Source: Planctomycetota bacterium
Lineage (GTDB): Bacteria; Planctomycetota; UBA8108; SXIK01
Assembly: GCA_965223265.1 (NCBI GenBank)
Contig: OZ244999.1
Span: forward strand, 5,216,001 to 5,280,000
DNA: 64,000 nucleotides
Direction: 5' to 3'
A program made the position numbers and the translations under genes. The notes under the pieces were generated by a model that was not told the DNA's origin, did not search any database, and worked only from the letters and a program-made list of their open reading frames with translations. The first letter of the stretch is position 1. Each line of letters starts with the position of its first letter. Positions 1 through 9,415 of the stretch are shown here, in pieces.

Positions 1-407
1 GGAACCTGGCCGACCTCCGCGCCGGTCTCGTCGAGATGTTGAGGGTCCTGAAGCCCCACGGCCAGGTGGCGATCCTGGAGTTTTCGACGCCACGCTCGCC
101 GGCCTTTCGCGGTCTCTACAAGTTTTACTTTCGCCGCTTGCTGCCGAAACTGGGCAGCTGGATTTCACGCACGGAGTGTGGCAAAAGTGCGTATGAGTAC
201 CTCCCAGCCTCCGTGGCGGAGTTCCCATCTGCTCCAGCGTTGTCGGATCTCATGAAGAGCTGTGGATACGAAGACGTTCGATACCACACCTTGACGTTTG
301 GCATCACGACACTCCACCTCGCCTGCAGGCCGCCCGCTTCGACGGCAGCAGACGATCTCGAGACAGGGACACGCACAATCGCGCCGGTAGAGAGCGACAC
401 GCAATGA
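1..407 (+). CDS. ubiE: UbiE/MenG family quinone C-methyltransferase, 5'-truncated by the window edge
   Basis: The frame is open from the window start (NLADLRAGLVEMLRVLKPHGQVAILEFS). The AYEYLPASVAEFP and LTFGITTLH motifs are typical of the UbiE C-terminus. Confidence 0.9.
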   Translation, partial: NLADLRAGLVEMLRVLKPHGQVAILEFSTPRSPAFRGLYKFYFRRLLPKLGSWISRTECGKSAYEYLPASVAEFPSAPALSDLMKSCGYEDVRYHTLTFGITTLHLACRPPASTAADDLETGTRTIAPVESDTQ

Positions 408-428
408 GTTCTCTCTCGGCAGACCTTC

Positions 429-1082
429 ATGACCGCGAGCACCGAGACCTCGCAAGCAGGCTCCATGAATAAGCCACCAGGAGAAGGCCCCATCGTCGTC
501 GGCGTTACCGGCGCAAGCGGGGTTGTCTACGCGCAGCGTCTCGTCCGCTTCCTGCTGCACGCCGGTCACGAAGTCCAACTGGCGATCTCGCGCGCAGGGC
601 GCCTGGTGATCCAACAGGAAATCGAGCTTTCGGGCGCCAACGATCCGTGGGGCGAGGAACATCGCGAACGTCTGACGATCTTTTCCGAAGCGAATCTTAT
701 GGCCCCGTTTTGCAGCGGTTCGTACAGATTCCGCGGTGTGGCCATCGTGCCCGCCTCAATGAGCACCGTCGCGGCCATCGCCAACGGCTTTAGCGCTAAC
801 AACATCCACCGCGCCGCCGACGTCGCGCTGAAAGAACAGCGACCGCTCGTTCTCGTGCCGCGCGAGACGCCGCTCTCGGTCATTCACCTACAGAATCTTC
901 TCAAACTGGCGCAAGCGGGTGCAGTCATTTTGCCGCCGTGCCCGGCGTTCTACCAACGACCGGCGACCATGAACGAGTCCATCGATTTCGTCGTCTCGCG
1001 GGTGCTTGACGCGCTAGGGATCAGCAACGAACTATATCCTCGCTGGCCGGAAACGCCTGGCTCATACGACGAGCACACTTGA
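429..1082 (+). CDS. ubiX: Flavin prenyltransferase UbiX
   Basis: Motifs VGVTGASG, APFCSGS, PASMST, RAADVALKEQRPLVLVPRETP and PAFY. The start could be ATG 466. Confidence 0.95.
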   Translation: MTASTETSQAGSMNKPPGEGPIVVGVTGASGVVYAQRLVRFLLHAGHEVQLAISRAGRLVIQQEIELSGANDPWGEEHRERLTIFSEANLMAPFCSGSYRFRGVAIVPASMSTVAAIANGFSANNIHRAADVALKEQRPLVLVPRETPLSVIHLQNLLKLAQAGAVILPPCPAFYQRPATMNESIDFVVSRVLDALGISNELYPRWPETPGSYDEHT

Positions 1083-1107
1083 CGCCGTCCTTGCATCCCG
1101 AGATTTC

Positions 1108-1959
1108 ATGTTCAGAAGAATCTCCACGTTCTGCGAATCGATCAAGATCTCCCATTCGGTTTTCGCTCTGCCGTTCGCTGTTGCGGCTGCGTTCCTCGCC
1201 AGCTCGGGCTTGCCACCGGGGCTGCTCCTCATCAAGATCATCCTGGCGGTCGTCTTCGCACGTACGTCCGCAATGGCCTTCAATCGCTGGTGCGACGCGC
1301 GAATCGATGCTCTCAATCCCAGAACAGAAAACCGCGCTGTCGTTACTGGCGAGCTCACTGGCCGCTTCATGCTCGGCGCGGCGATCTGCAGCTCGCTCGC
1401 TTTTGTCGCGGTCGCCGCAACGATCAATCCGCTCGCGTTGATCCTGTCGCCCGTCGCGCTGGGAATCCTCTTGGGATATTCCTACACGAAACGCTTTACG
1501 CCGCTGTCGCACGTCGTGCTCGGCGTTGCGCTTGGGCTCTCCCCCCTCGGTGCATGGATCGCCGTTCGCGGCGAATTCGCCCTCGTGCCGACCCTGCTTG
1601 GTCTCGCCGTGCTCCTCTGGACCGCGGGGTTCGATATCATTTACGCCTGTCAAGACGAGGCGTTCGATCGCCAGCACGGGCTTTTCTCGATTCCACAGAC
1701 GCTAGGTGTCGGCGCGGCGCTTTGGGTGACGCGGGTGTTCCATCTCATCGCCGTCGCGCTGCTTGCCATCGTCGGTTGGCAAGCGCAGCTTGGCGTGATC
1801 TACGCCTCAGGAGTCGCTATGGTCGCGATCATTCTCGCGTACGAGAACTCGCTCGTCAGAGCTGAGGATTTGTCGCGCGTCAACCTTGCATTCTTCACGC
1901 TAAACGGCATCGTCAGCCTCGTTTTTATGGCGGCAGTGATCCTTCAAATCGTGCTATAA
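1108..1959 (+). CDS. ubiA: UbiA-like prenyltransferase (MqnP type, futalosine menaquinone pathway)
   Basis: IKISHSVFALPFA, ARTSAMAFNRWCDARIDALNPRT, YSYTKRFT, GFDIIYACQD, VNLAFFTLNG; multiple TM helices. Confidence 0.92.
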   Translation: MFRRISTFCESIKISHSVFALPFAVAAAFLASSGLPPGLLLIKIILAVVFARTSAMAFNRWCDARIDALNPRTENRAVVTGELTGRFMLGAAICSSLAFVAVAATINPLALILSPVALGILLGYSYTKRFTPLSHVVLGVALGLSPLGAWIAVRGEFALVPTLLGLAVLLWTAGFDIIYACQDEAFDRQHGLFSIPQTLGVGAALWVTRVFHLIAVALLAIVGWQAQLGVIYASGVAMVAIILAYENSLVRAEDLSRVNLAFFTLNGIVSLVFMAAVILQIVL

Positions 1960-2104
1960 TGACCTAAATCCGGGCGTTGCACGCGCTCAACTCTTGTCAG
2001 GCTTTGGGGTCTGTCGACTGCCCATGCATTCCTGCTCTAGAGTAGACACTCTCAGGACGGTGGGTAAGGGGCCTGACACGTTGTTTCCGAGCGTTTCCTT
2101 GACG

Positions 2105-2228
2105 CAACCTATTGAGAAGGTCGTTTGCCCCGAGACCGGGTCTGTGCGTCACAGACCGTGCCCATCTTCATCGGTCGGTCTGTGAAGATGAGCGACACAC
2201 CTTGGCGCGAGCACTTTTCAATAGGCTG
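2105..2228. mobile_element. MITE-like non-coding element, copy 1
   Basis: Imperfect terminal inverted repeats CAACCTATTGAGAAG ... CTTTTCAATAGGCTG with internal hairpins. Its reverse complement aligns with 26608-26707. Confidence 0.55.
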
Positions 2229-2283
2229 TTAACCAAAAACTTTTCACACGAGCAACGCGAAACCGCGGCGCTCACGGGAAGCT

Positions 2284-4206
2284 ATGGCAACTCAGCAGGG
2301 ACTAACTCTCGACCAATATCTTCGTGCCAAAGGACCGCTACCGCCCCTGAAGGCGGCTCGCGTGATGCGGGACATCGCCGAACAGGCGCAAGTGGGCACT
2401 GATTTTTGCGCCATCTCACCGGCGCGCATCGCGATTTCGAAGTCAGGCGTTCGCCTTCTCGCGGCTCCGAACCCAACGAAGCCGGTCATCGTTCAACGAG
2501 TCAACTACGTCGCTCCTGAGACGATTCGCCACGGCACCCAGGACGAATCAAGCCTCCTCTACTCCCTCGGCTGCACCTTGTTCGAACTCGTCGCCGGTAC
2601 AGCGCCCTTCGCTAGCGAGAATCCCAAAGCGACTCTCAAAGCACACCTGACGGCGGTTCCGCCGAGCCTCGAGCATGCCGCACCAGGAACTCCGCCGCGT
2701 CTCTTGGCAGTGGTCAACGCGCTCCTGCAACGAGATCCGACGCGGCGACCGAATTCCCTAGCAGAGGTCGCCCAGGCGTTGGTCAACATCGATTCGGACG
2801 CCCCCCCGATCGCGAGCGTCCCCACGCGAACTTCCACTGCCGCCAGCCGGCGACCGACTTCCAGATCCAGATTGGCCGCGCGGCGTCGTCGCGAAGAAGA
2901 CGACGACGGCAAGCGGCCGACGCGAAAGAAGAAGAGTTATGGTTTTACGATCGCGGGTGCGTTGATCGGGTTGGTCATAGCTCTCTTCCTGGTCCCATGG
3001 GAGATCGCGCGACAGGACAGGCAAACACTCACGAAGCGTGACGCAAACCGCAGCAAGTTGGAAGTCGAACGCAGCGAGCGAAAAGAGGCGCTGCGGGCGG
3101 AAATCGGCGCTGCGCAGGCCGAAGTCGATCGTCTGATACAAACTCGCGGCTCTGACGCACAAGCGATTGGCTACCACCTCGCTGAGCTCGTCCATGCACG
3201 TGGAGCTGAACGCCTGGGCGAACTCTACGTTGATCTCGCGATGACAGGCGGAGCGAAGAAAGGCGGAGAAGTCGACCCAGCGTACGAAGAGCTGCGAGCG
3301 AAGATCAGCGAGCTTCTGGCAGAGAATCGACACGGTGACGCTCTCAAGCAACTCGCGGATGCAGGGCGAACGTTTCCAGGTCGCACTGCCGACATTGAAC
3401 GACAGATCCTTGAGGTCTCCGAGCAGCTAACGAAGCAGTGGAATCGCGACAAAAACGCGATTGAGGCCATGCTGCGGCGAGAGCGTTTCAATCAAGCCCT
3501 CAGCCTGATCGCGCAGGTCCACGTCTACGGCGACGCCCCCATTCGGCGAGAGCTCGAGACCTACGAAGATCAGGCGCGGCGGCTCAAGGCAGAGGCTCAG
3601 GCAGAGGTCGAAGCGGAGATCATGAGAGCCAAGCGACGACGGTCGGACAAAGAGGACGACGAAGAAGACGAAGATGAAGAGGACGACGACGAGGAAGAGG
3701 ACGAAGAAGACGAAGAGGACGACTGGGGCGATGACGACGACGAGGAAGAAGACGAAGAGGAAGAAGACGAAGAGGACGACTGGGGCGATGACGACGACGA
3801 GGAAGAGGACGACGACGACTGGGGCGATGACGACGAGGAAGAAGACGAGGACGACGAAGAAGACGAAGAAGACGACTGGGGCGATGACGACGACGAGGAC
3901 GAAGAAGACGAGGACGAAGAAGACGAAGAAGACGAAGAGGAAGAAGACGAAGAGGACGACTGGGGCGATGACGACGACGAGGAAGAAGACGAAGAAGACG
4001 ACTGGGGCGATGACGACGACGAAGACGACGAAGACGAAGAAGACGACTGGGGCGATGACGACGAAGAAGACGAAGAGGACGACTGGGGCGATGACGACGA
4101 CGAGGAAGAAGACGAGGACGACGATGACTGGGACGATGACGAAGAGGACGACGATGAGGAGGAGGATGAAGAGGATGACGACGAGGACGAGGACGACGAC
4201 TGGTGA
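2284..4206 (+). CDS. Membrane pseudokinase: Hanks-type C-lobe, TM helix, helical domain and a very long D/E-Trp tail
   Basis: YVAPE and LYSLGCTLFELVAGTAPF are present; the N-lobe, HRD and DFG are absent. TM helix GFTIAGALIGLVIALFLVPW follows RRKKK. Confidence 0.8.
   Translation: MATQQGLTLDQYLRAKGPLPPLKAARVMRDIAEQAQVGTDFCAISPARIAISKSGVRLLAAPNPTKPVIVQRVNYVAPETIRHGTQDESSLLYSLGCTLFELVAGTAPFASENPKATLKAHLTAVPPSLEHAAPGTPPRLLAVVNALLQRDPTRRPNSLAEVAQALVNIDSDAPPIASVPTRTSTAASRRPTSRSRLAARRRREEDDDGKRPTRKKKSYGFTIAGALIGLVIALFLVPWEIARQDRQTLTKRDANRSKLEVERSERKEALRAEIGAAQAEVDRLIQTRGSDAQAIGYHLAELVHARGAERLGELYVDLAMTGGAKKGGEVDPAYEELRAKISELLAENRHGDALKQLADAGRTFPGRTADIERQILEVSEQLTKQWNRDKNAIEAMLRRERFNQALSLIAQVHVYGDAPIRRELETYEDQARRLKAEAQAEVEAEIMRAKRRRSDKEDDEEDEDEEDDDEEEDEEDEEDDWGDDDDEEEDEEEEDEEDDWGDDDDEEEDDDDWGDDDEEEDEDDEEDEEDDWGDDDDEDEEDEDEEDEEDEEEEDEEDDWGDDDDEEEDEEDDWGDDDDEDDEDEEDDWGDDDEEDEEDDWGDDDDEEEDEDDDDWDDDEEDDDEEEDEEDDDEDEDDDW
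3646..4203 (+). repeat. Coding low-complexity repeat (D/E)n-DDWG
   Basis: GAC/GAA/GAG/GAT runs with recurring GACGACTGGGGCGATGAC; 8 x DDWG, one DDWD and a terminal DDW. Confidence 0.95.
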
Positions 4207-5114
4207 AACGCTCTGAGCCGATCCCGCCATCGAGGGACGACGACACTCCCTGGCTCAGCGAAATGGTGGACGAAGAGCTTCTGGTTCTCTTTTCCGAGGA
4301 CACAGAAGACATCGCGCGGGGCGTCCTTCATCTTCTCCGCTTGGCGACGATCCGCCCCGATGTCGAAGAGCAGCTCGTCGATCTGATCGACGCGGCGCTC
4401 GAACATTCGAACGACGATGCGCAAGCCGCCACGTGGGCAACGGTGATTCTGGCGGAACTCGGATCCTCTCTTGGTATCGGAGTGATCCAGAGAGCGCTGC
4501 TGGCAGAAAACGACGAGACGCTCCAAAACACTGCGGCGGTCGCTCTTCTGCGCCTCGGAAGCCGCGGCCTCGACGCTGTCATGGAGACGATCGAGGAAAC
4601 CCAAAGCCCCACGTTCAACCGCCACGCCTACCGCGTCCTCGCCAACACCGGTGTCCTTGAGGATCCAGACACGACGCAGCGAGTGACGGAATTCCTCGAA
4701 GAACGAGTGCCGATCGAGCGCGGCCTACCGCCCCAAGACCGCGTGCTCGAAGAACTCGCAGATGCCCTGGCGAGGGTGGGCGCGCGTGAGAACATTAGCG
4801 TCCTCAAGGAGATCCTCGCCGAGGAATTTCAAGGCTCGAACTGCGCCCTTGAGGACTCGATCGCCATGCTCGAGGAAAACGACAGCGGCGATCCGATCGG
4901 CGCCCACACTCCACCGTGGGAGGAGCTGTACGGTTGGATGTTCGAACGTGCCGCACCGTCGGCTCTGCTTGAGCGCGATGCTGGGGGGGACATCACGATC
5001 GACCTGCCGTTCGGAGAAACTACGGACCCATCGTCTACCTCACCCGAGCACCGCTCGTCGTTTCTACGAGGCTTGAACGTCGAACCAAGAGAGAAGCCAG
5101 ACGAAGAGACATGA
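4203..5114 (+). CDS. Acidic HEAT-repeat-like helical protein
   Basis: Helical repeats such as ATVILAELG, AAVALLRLG and LADALARVG. The GTGA start/stop overlap with the upstream gene implies translational coupling. Confidence 0.65.
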   Translation: MKRSEPIPPSRDDDTPWLSEMVDEELLVLFSEDTEDIARGVLHLLRLATIRPDVEEQLVDLIDAALEHSNDDAQAATWATVILAELGSSLGIGVIQRALLAENDETLQNTAAVALLRLGSRGLDAVMETIEETQSPTFNRHAYRVLANTGVLEDPDTTQRVTEFLEERVPIERGLPPQDRVLEELADALARVGARENISVLKEILAEEFQGSNCALEDSIAMLEENDSGDPIGAHTPPWEELYGWMFERAAPSALLERDAGGDITIDLPFGETTDPSSTSPEHRSSFLRGLNVEPREKPDEET

Positions 5115-5262
5115 GCGGTCGTGGCCGCGCGCTTGGCGCCTCGCGCCGAAAGGCAGCCGGGACGAGTCCCCTGCTCCCTTCAGAGGCATGCCGGACGTCC
5201 TGCCGATCGCTCAAACTCGAAGGCGCCGAGCAGAGCGTTGAACAGCCCTTTCCAAGAGGCTG

Positions 5263-7035
5263 TTAGGTAAAATCGTCTTCCTCGTCATCGTCGTCCTCGT
5301 AATCGAGCGGCGCCAGCGAACGGAGGACAGCTTTGACGATATGTTTGAGCAACAGCAGGTTCTCTGGATGCGCTCGCAACATGTCCCAGCGGAAGTTCCA
5401 AGCTCGTTCCGATTGCATGGCAGCTCCCATGCTCGAAACCGAAGTGTTCGGCCACTTCTCCTTGAGGTCCAGCCTGAGATTCCATGCTGCCGCGCTATCG
5501 ATGCCGCTGATCGAATCAAGAACTTCTTTGGCGTAGTTCTTCGCCGCGTCTCGAACCTTCCAAGCACGCGGGTCGTTCGAGCGTCCGATGGTCTGGACGA
5601 CGATTTTCGGCGCTCGTACGACGTGCTCTTCGCGTAGGGCCCAGGCTCGGTCTGAGCTCAGCCCACGAAGACTCATTAGCACCCACGGCAGGTACTCAGC
5701 CGACAAACGATCGCGCCACTCCCAGGCACGTTCGGTGTCGATTCCCGCGAGGCTTTCGAGTATGGCGGGAAAATGTGGGAAGTGCGCCCTCTTTTCCCGC
5801 ATCGCCCACGCCTCTTCGGTGTCGAGACCGCGGAGACTGATCAGCACCTCGCGCATGGCCGATTTGCCGATCATCCGGCGGATGTCCCACGCGTGCTCGG
5901 AGTCTGAACCGCGCACAGTCAAGGCCACATACTCGGGGACGACTTGAGCAAGCTCGGTTCTGAGCGCCATCGCTTCAGGAGACTGCCCCGTCAAACTTCG
6001 TGCCACATACGCCGGTTCGATTTGTTTCAGCTTCTCGCGAAGCTCGTAAGACTCTGGCGTCCGCACCCCACGCAGGCCGTAGGCGACAACACCTGGTTCG
6101 TCGTCAATGATCGCGAGACGAAGCTCATGGGTCTCGGGCGTGTTCAAACCGATCAGATGCAACCCTACCTGACTCGGGCTCGTCGCGACCCGTTGGCGAA
6201 GCTCTTCGAAGAACGCGGTGTACGCTGTCTCCCGACGCTCGACAGGATCCTCGATACTGAGAAAACGCGCCACGGCTTCAGCGAGACGCCCGCGCGGTTT
6301 CGACTGTGACGCGCTCGAAAAGTCCACCCATCGCGGGTTGGTCAACCTCTTGTAACCCTTGGACTCAAGAACCTGCGCGACGCGATCAAAAATCCTCTGC
6401 AGCGACTCTTCGATCGTGCTATTTGCGTTGTCGATCACAACCCAGCGTTCTGGGTCCTCTTGAGCAAGCTTCAGAAACCCGTTGCGCATCTCCTCGCGAA
6501 AACCGATCCCCATGAGCCCCTTGCGGCCGAAATCTCCAAGCTTTCGATGATCCCGGATTTTTTGAACTCGTTTGCGCATCCGCGACGTCAGAGGGTCAAC
6601 GTCACTATACACGACGAGGTCAGGCCAAAGCCCGCGTGCGGCGACTTCCACGACCGCATCCACCTGGTCGCGTGGCACGCCACGCGCGTGATGACTATGG
6701 GTGATCGCGGAGTACAGATAGCGGTCACTGAACACGATGTTTCCCGGCTTGAGCTTTGGCCGGATGAACTCGTCGATCATCTGAGTGTCACGCGCGACGT
6801 AGAGCAGCAACTCGGTTGCATCGGACATGCGGAGGAATCGCGGGTCGCGCGTCAGAAGTCGAATTTCCTTCGAAATCTCGGAGCGAAAAACGCCTCCACT
6901 TCGCGCGTGGTGAACCGGGATCCCCTGCTCCTCCAAAACCGCCGCAAGACGATTCGAAAGCGTCGTCTTGCCGCTACCGTCGATTCCTTCGAAGTCGATG
7001 AAGACTGGGGCGGGTCCGGCTTCACACTGATCCAT
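5263..7035 (-). CDS. tmk: Thymidylate kinase-family domain fused to ~10 helical repeats of ~27 aa
   Basis: FIDFEGIDGSGKTT P-loop, ELLLYVAR, DRYLYS and PDL motifs. C-terminal repeats LxGxDSxxAWxLR. The start could extend to 7086. Confidence 0.85.
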   Translation of the reverse strand: MDQCEAGPAPVFIDFEGIDGSGKTTLSNRLAAVLEEQGIPVHHARSGGVFRSEISKEIRLLTRDPRFLRMSDATELLLYVARDTQMIDEFIRPKLKPGNIVFSDRYLYSAITHSHHARGVPRDQVDAVVEVAARGLWPDLVVYSDVDPLTSRMRKRVQKIRDHRKLGDFGRKGLMGIGFREEMRNGFLKLAQEDPERWVVIDNANSTIEESLQRIFDRVAQVLESKGYKRLTNPRWVDFSSASQSKPRGRLAEAVARFLSIEDPVERRETAYTAFFEELRQRVATSPSQVGLHLIGLNTPETHELRLAIIDDEPGVVAYGLRGVRTPESYELREKLKQIEPAYVARSLTGQSPEAMALRTELAQVVPEYVALTVRGSDSEHAWDIRRMIGKSAMREVLISLRGLDTEEAWAMREKRAHFPHFPAILESLAGIDTERAWEWRDRLSAEYLPWVLMSLRGLSSDRAWALREEHVVRAPKIVVQTIGRSNDPRAWKVRDAAKNYAKEVLDSISGIDSAAAWNLRLDLKEKWPNTSVSSMGAAMQSERAWNFRWDMLRAHPENLLLLKHIVKAVLRSLAPLDYEDDDDEEDDFT

Positions 7036-7241
7036 GAGATTCGCTCGCGTTGCGCCAAAAGGTGGGGTAACCGCCCGCAGCTCCACTGTCGTAGCACGAC
7101 ACCAGACGAGCGCGCCGCGACTAACGGATGGGCAGTTCGCGCTCGGCCCGAGGAGACGCCTGCGACGAGGGAGGTGGAACGCGCGACTCTCCCTCGGCGA
7201 GGTTGTTCACGAAGTCGTCGCCTCGCAAGAAAAGACCACCC

Positions 7242-7269
7242 ATTATAGAGGCGGACGCCTTGCAGTCAA
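7242..7269 (-). promoter_or_regulatory. Putative sigma70 promoter for the tmk fusion
   Basis: The minus strand reads TTGACT-N16-TATAAT. Confidence 0.6.
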
Positions 7270-7373
7270 GAAAGGCATGACGCTCCAGGCGAACGCTGGT
7301 GACGGCTTCTGACGCTCTTTGGGTCGCCTGGATGAGCTTTCACAGCCCAACAAGGGAATCGGCGTTCCGTCGC

Positions 7374-9059
7374 TCAGAAAAGAATGAGGAGCTCGACCAT
7401 CAACTCGTCGTTGTCAACGTCCCGAGGTCCCACGCCACCACCCGTGTCCTCGAAGTTGAACATGTACTCAGCCTTCAAGAGAATCTCGCCTGTCACTTCG
7501 GTGATCATGCCGACGACCAGACGCTCCCGCTCCCACGTAGCTGGTAGCGTCGCGAGCGGAGCAAGGCTCGTGTCCAGCTCGCCGTAGCGAACGAGCGGTT
7601 CGAAACTGCGTAGGTAGCGGTCGGCGATCAATCGGCCAACAGAGAATCGGTAGGAGCTTTGGACATACCAGCCTTCGCGCTCCAGCTGACCATCGTCACC
7701 TCGAATCCATTGTCCCTGGACTCGAAGCCCGTCGCGATTCCTGGTCTTGATCGCGGACCCAAAGAGTGTTCGTGCCGGCAGGAAGTATTCAGCGCCGACC
7801 CCGTACCGGATGCTCTTGCGGGATGTCGAATCGCCATACCCCGCCAAAGCAACGCCAACATTGTCGCGCAGCGTCAGGTCATTTTGTAAGAAACTGAGCG
7901 ACGTGTCGTCGAGTCGATCATGGTAGAAGAAACCCAGCAGGCTGAACTCACCGAGTGAAGCGAACTCACGACGGTATCGCAGACCGGCTCCGAGCTCGCT
8001 GACCGAAATGTCATCATCGAGATTTCGGTCATCTTGGATGATGTCGTTGAGGGCCGCTCGGTCGAAACCGATCTCGTTGTTGTCGAGCGAATTCCCCGTG
8101 CCGACCGAGAGGAAAAGAGTCAACTCACCTGCGTTCGCACCAAAATCGAAGGCTCCGTACGACTCGCGGAATTCCTCGCGGTAGCTGTCGCTGGAAACCT
8201 CGAGGTCCCGCCCTTCCGTTCCCGCTTCCCGCATGATGGAGTCGTCATCGAGGGGCAGCTCGTCGCCGAGACCGAGATCCAGCTCCGTCGCGCCAGCGTC
8301 AGGCGAGCTCAGATCGTCCTGCCGTCCGTCCTTGCTCGATTTCTTCGATTTCTTCTTCGACTTCTTCCCCGATTTCTTTTTCTTCTTGGTTTTCTTCTTC
8401 TTCGCTCCCTCGACCTTCGGCTTCGGCGGCCCTTGGGCTCTGCCGAATTTGAGCGCCCACACCGCGGCGACCGACTCGTCACGCCAGAATGCGTTGCCGA
8501 TCAGGGGATATGTCTTCGTGCGCCGATTCGGGCGGATGAAGCGATCGTCGAGTCCGAGTCGAAAGTCCGATTCGAACCACCATGCTGGGTCCGCTCGATG
8601 GCGAACCGTGATCTCTTTGAGCGTAAAGTTCTGCCCGGTCGGCTTGAGGTCGATCTGCGCACGCGTCGAGAAATGACGATTCAGCTTGAGCCGCGGCTCC
8701 AGACGTAAACGGTTAATCTCAAAGCGAGGATCAGGCTCGTCGGTCGGCCCAACGATCGGATCACCCTCGTTTTCGCTGTCTATGAAAAGTAATTCCGCCT
8801 TTCCTCCCAGCCGAAACTCAACGCCTTCGCCGACAGTGAGAATCCCTTCGGAAAAACCTCCCCCCTTCTTCTCCTTGTCCTCCAGCTTGTCGAGCTGTTT
8901 CTCGAGGTCGTTGATCCGCTCCTCGAGCTCTTCGATTCGCTGATGCGGCGACGGCACTCCAGTCTGGGCGTTGGCAGCAGTGCTCCAGACGAGCGCCAGG
9001 ACGAGCGCGCCCAATGCCGCGAACGAGATAGTCGTGTGTTTCTGGGAACAGGATCTCAT
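7374..9059 (-). CDS. Putative outer-membrane beta-barrel (porin-like) protein
   Basis: Signal peptide (ANA-Q), N-terminal coiled coil, alternating beta-strand pattern, GWYVQSSYRF, C-terminal ELLILF. Confidence 0.7.
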   Translation of the reverse strand: MRSCSQKHTTISFAALGALVLALVWSTAANAQTGVPSPHQRIEELEERINDLEKQLDKLEDKEKKGGGFSEGILTVGEGVEFRLGGKAELLFIDSENEGDPIVGPTDEPDPRFEINRLRLEPRLKLNRHFSTRAQIDLKPTGQNFTLKEITVRHRADPAWWFESDFRLGLDDRFIRPNRRTKTYPLIGNAFWRDESVAAVWALKFGRAQGPPKPKVEGAKKKKTKKKKKSGKKSKKKSKKSSKDGRQDDLSSPDAGATELDLGLGDELPLDDDSIMREAGTEGRDLEVSSDSYREEFRESYGAFDFGANAGELTLFLSVGTGNSLDNNEIGFDRAALNDIIQDDRNLDDDISVSELGAGLRYRREFASLGEFSLLGFFYHDRLDDTSLSFLQNDLTLRDNVGVALAGYGDSTSRKSIRYGVGAEYFLPARTLFGSAIKTRNRDGLRVQGQWIRGDDGQLEREGWYVQSSYRFSVGRLIADRYLRSFEPLVRYGELDTSLAPLATLPATWERERLVVGMITEVTGEILLKAEYMFNFEDTGGGVGPRDVDNDELMVELLILF

Positions 9060-9415
9060 GACGAAAATATCGGCATGTCGTGGAGTGAACTTCTAGGAGG
9101 CTGTCGAAAAAGTACTTCAAGCCGAAAACAAAGCCATTTGCGCTCAGATCGGCCGCGGCAGACTGCTTCGCCTCTGAATCTTTTCTCTGACGAGGGCGGG
9201 AGTGCGACCCGATAACGTTGCCCGAGAGCTGTCAGCAGGTCGAGACTTTGGATTCGTAGCGAATCAAGCCTTTCCGTTTATAAGGGCACTCGTCACTGAA
9301 AGGCAAGAACGACCGAATCGTCACCTTCTTGCTTCACGGCACGGCAAGAGCCGCCCACCTGAAAACGCACGAACATAGCCCGCGCACGGACGAGTCGCTC
9401 GAACACGCTCCAAAG

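Noticed and set aside
3427-4625. Long antisense and alternative-frame ORFs (poly-Ser, poly-Val/Phe, Thr/Lys-rich, His/Arg-rich)
   Set aside because: They are shadows of the GAN-codon repeat, which lacks stops in other frames. Only the acidic frame is continuous with a domain-bearing gene.
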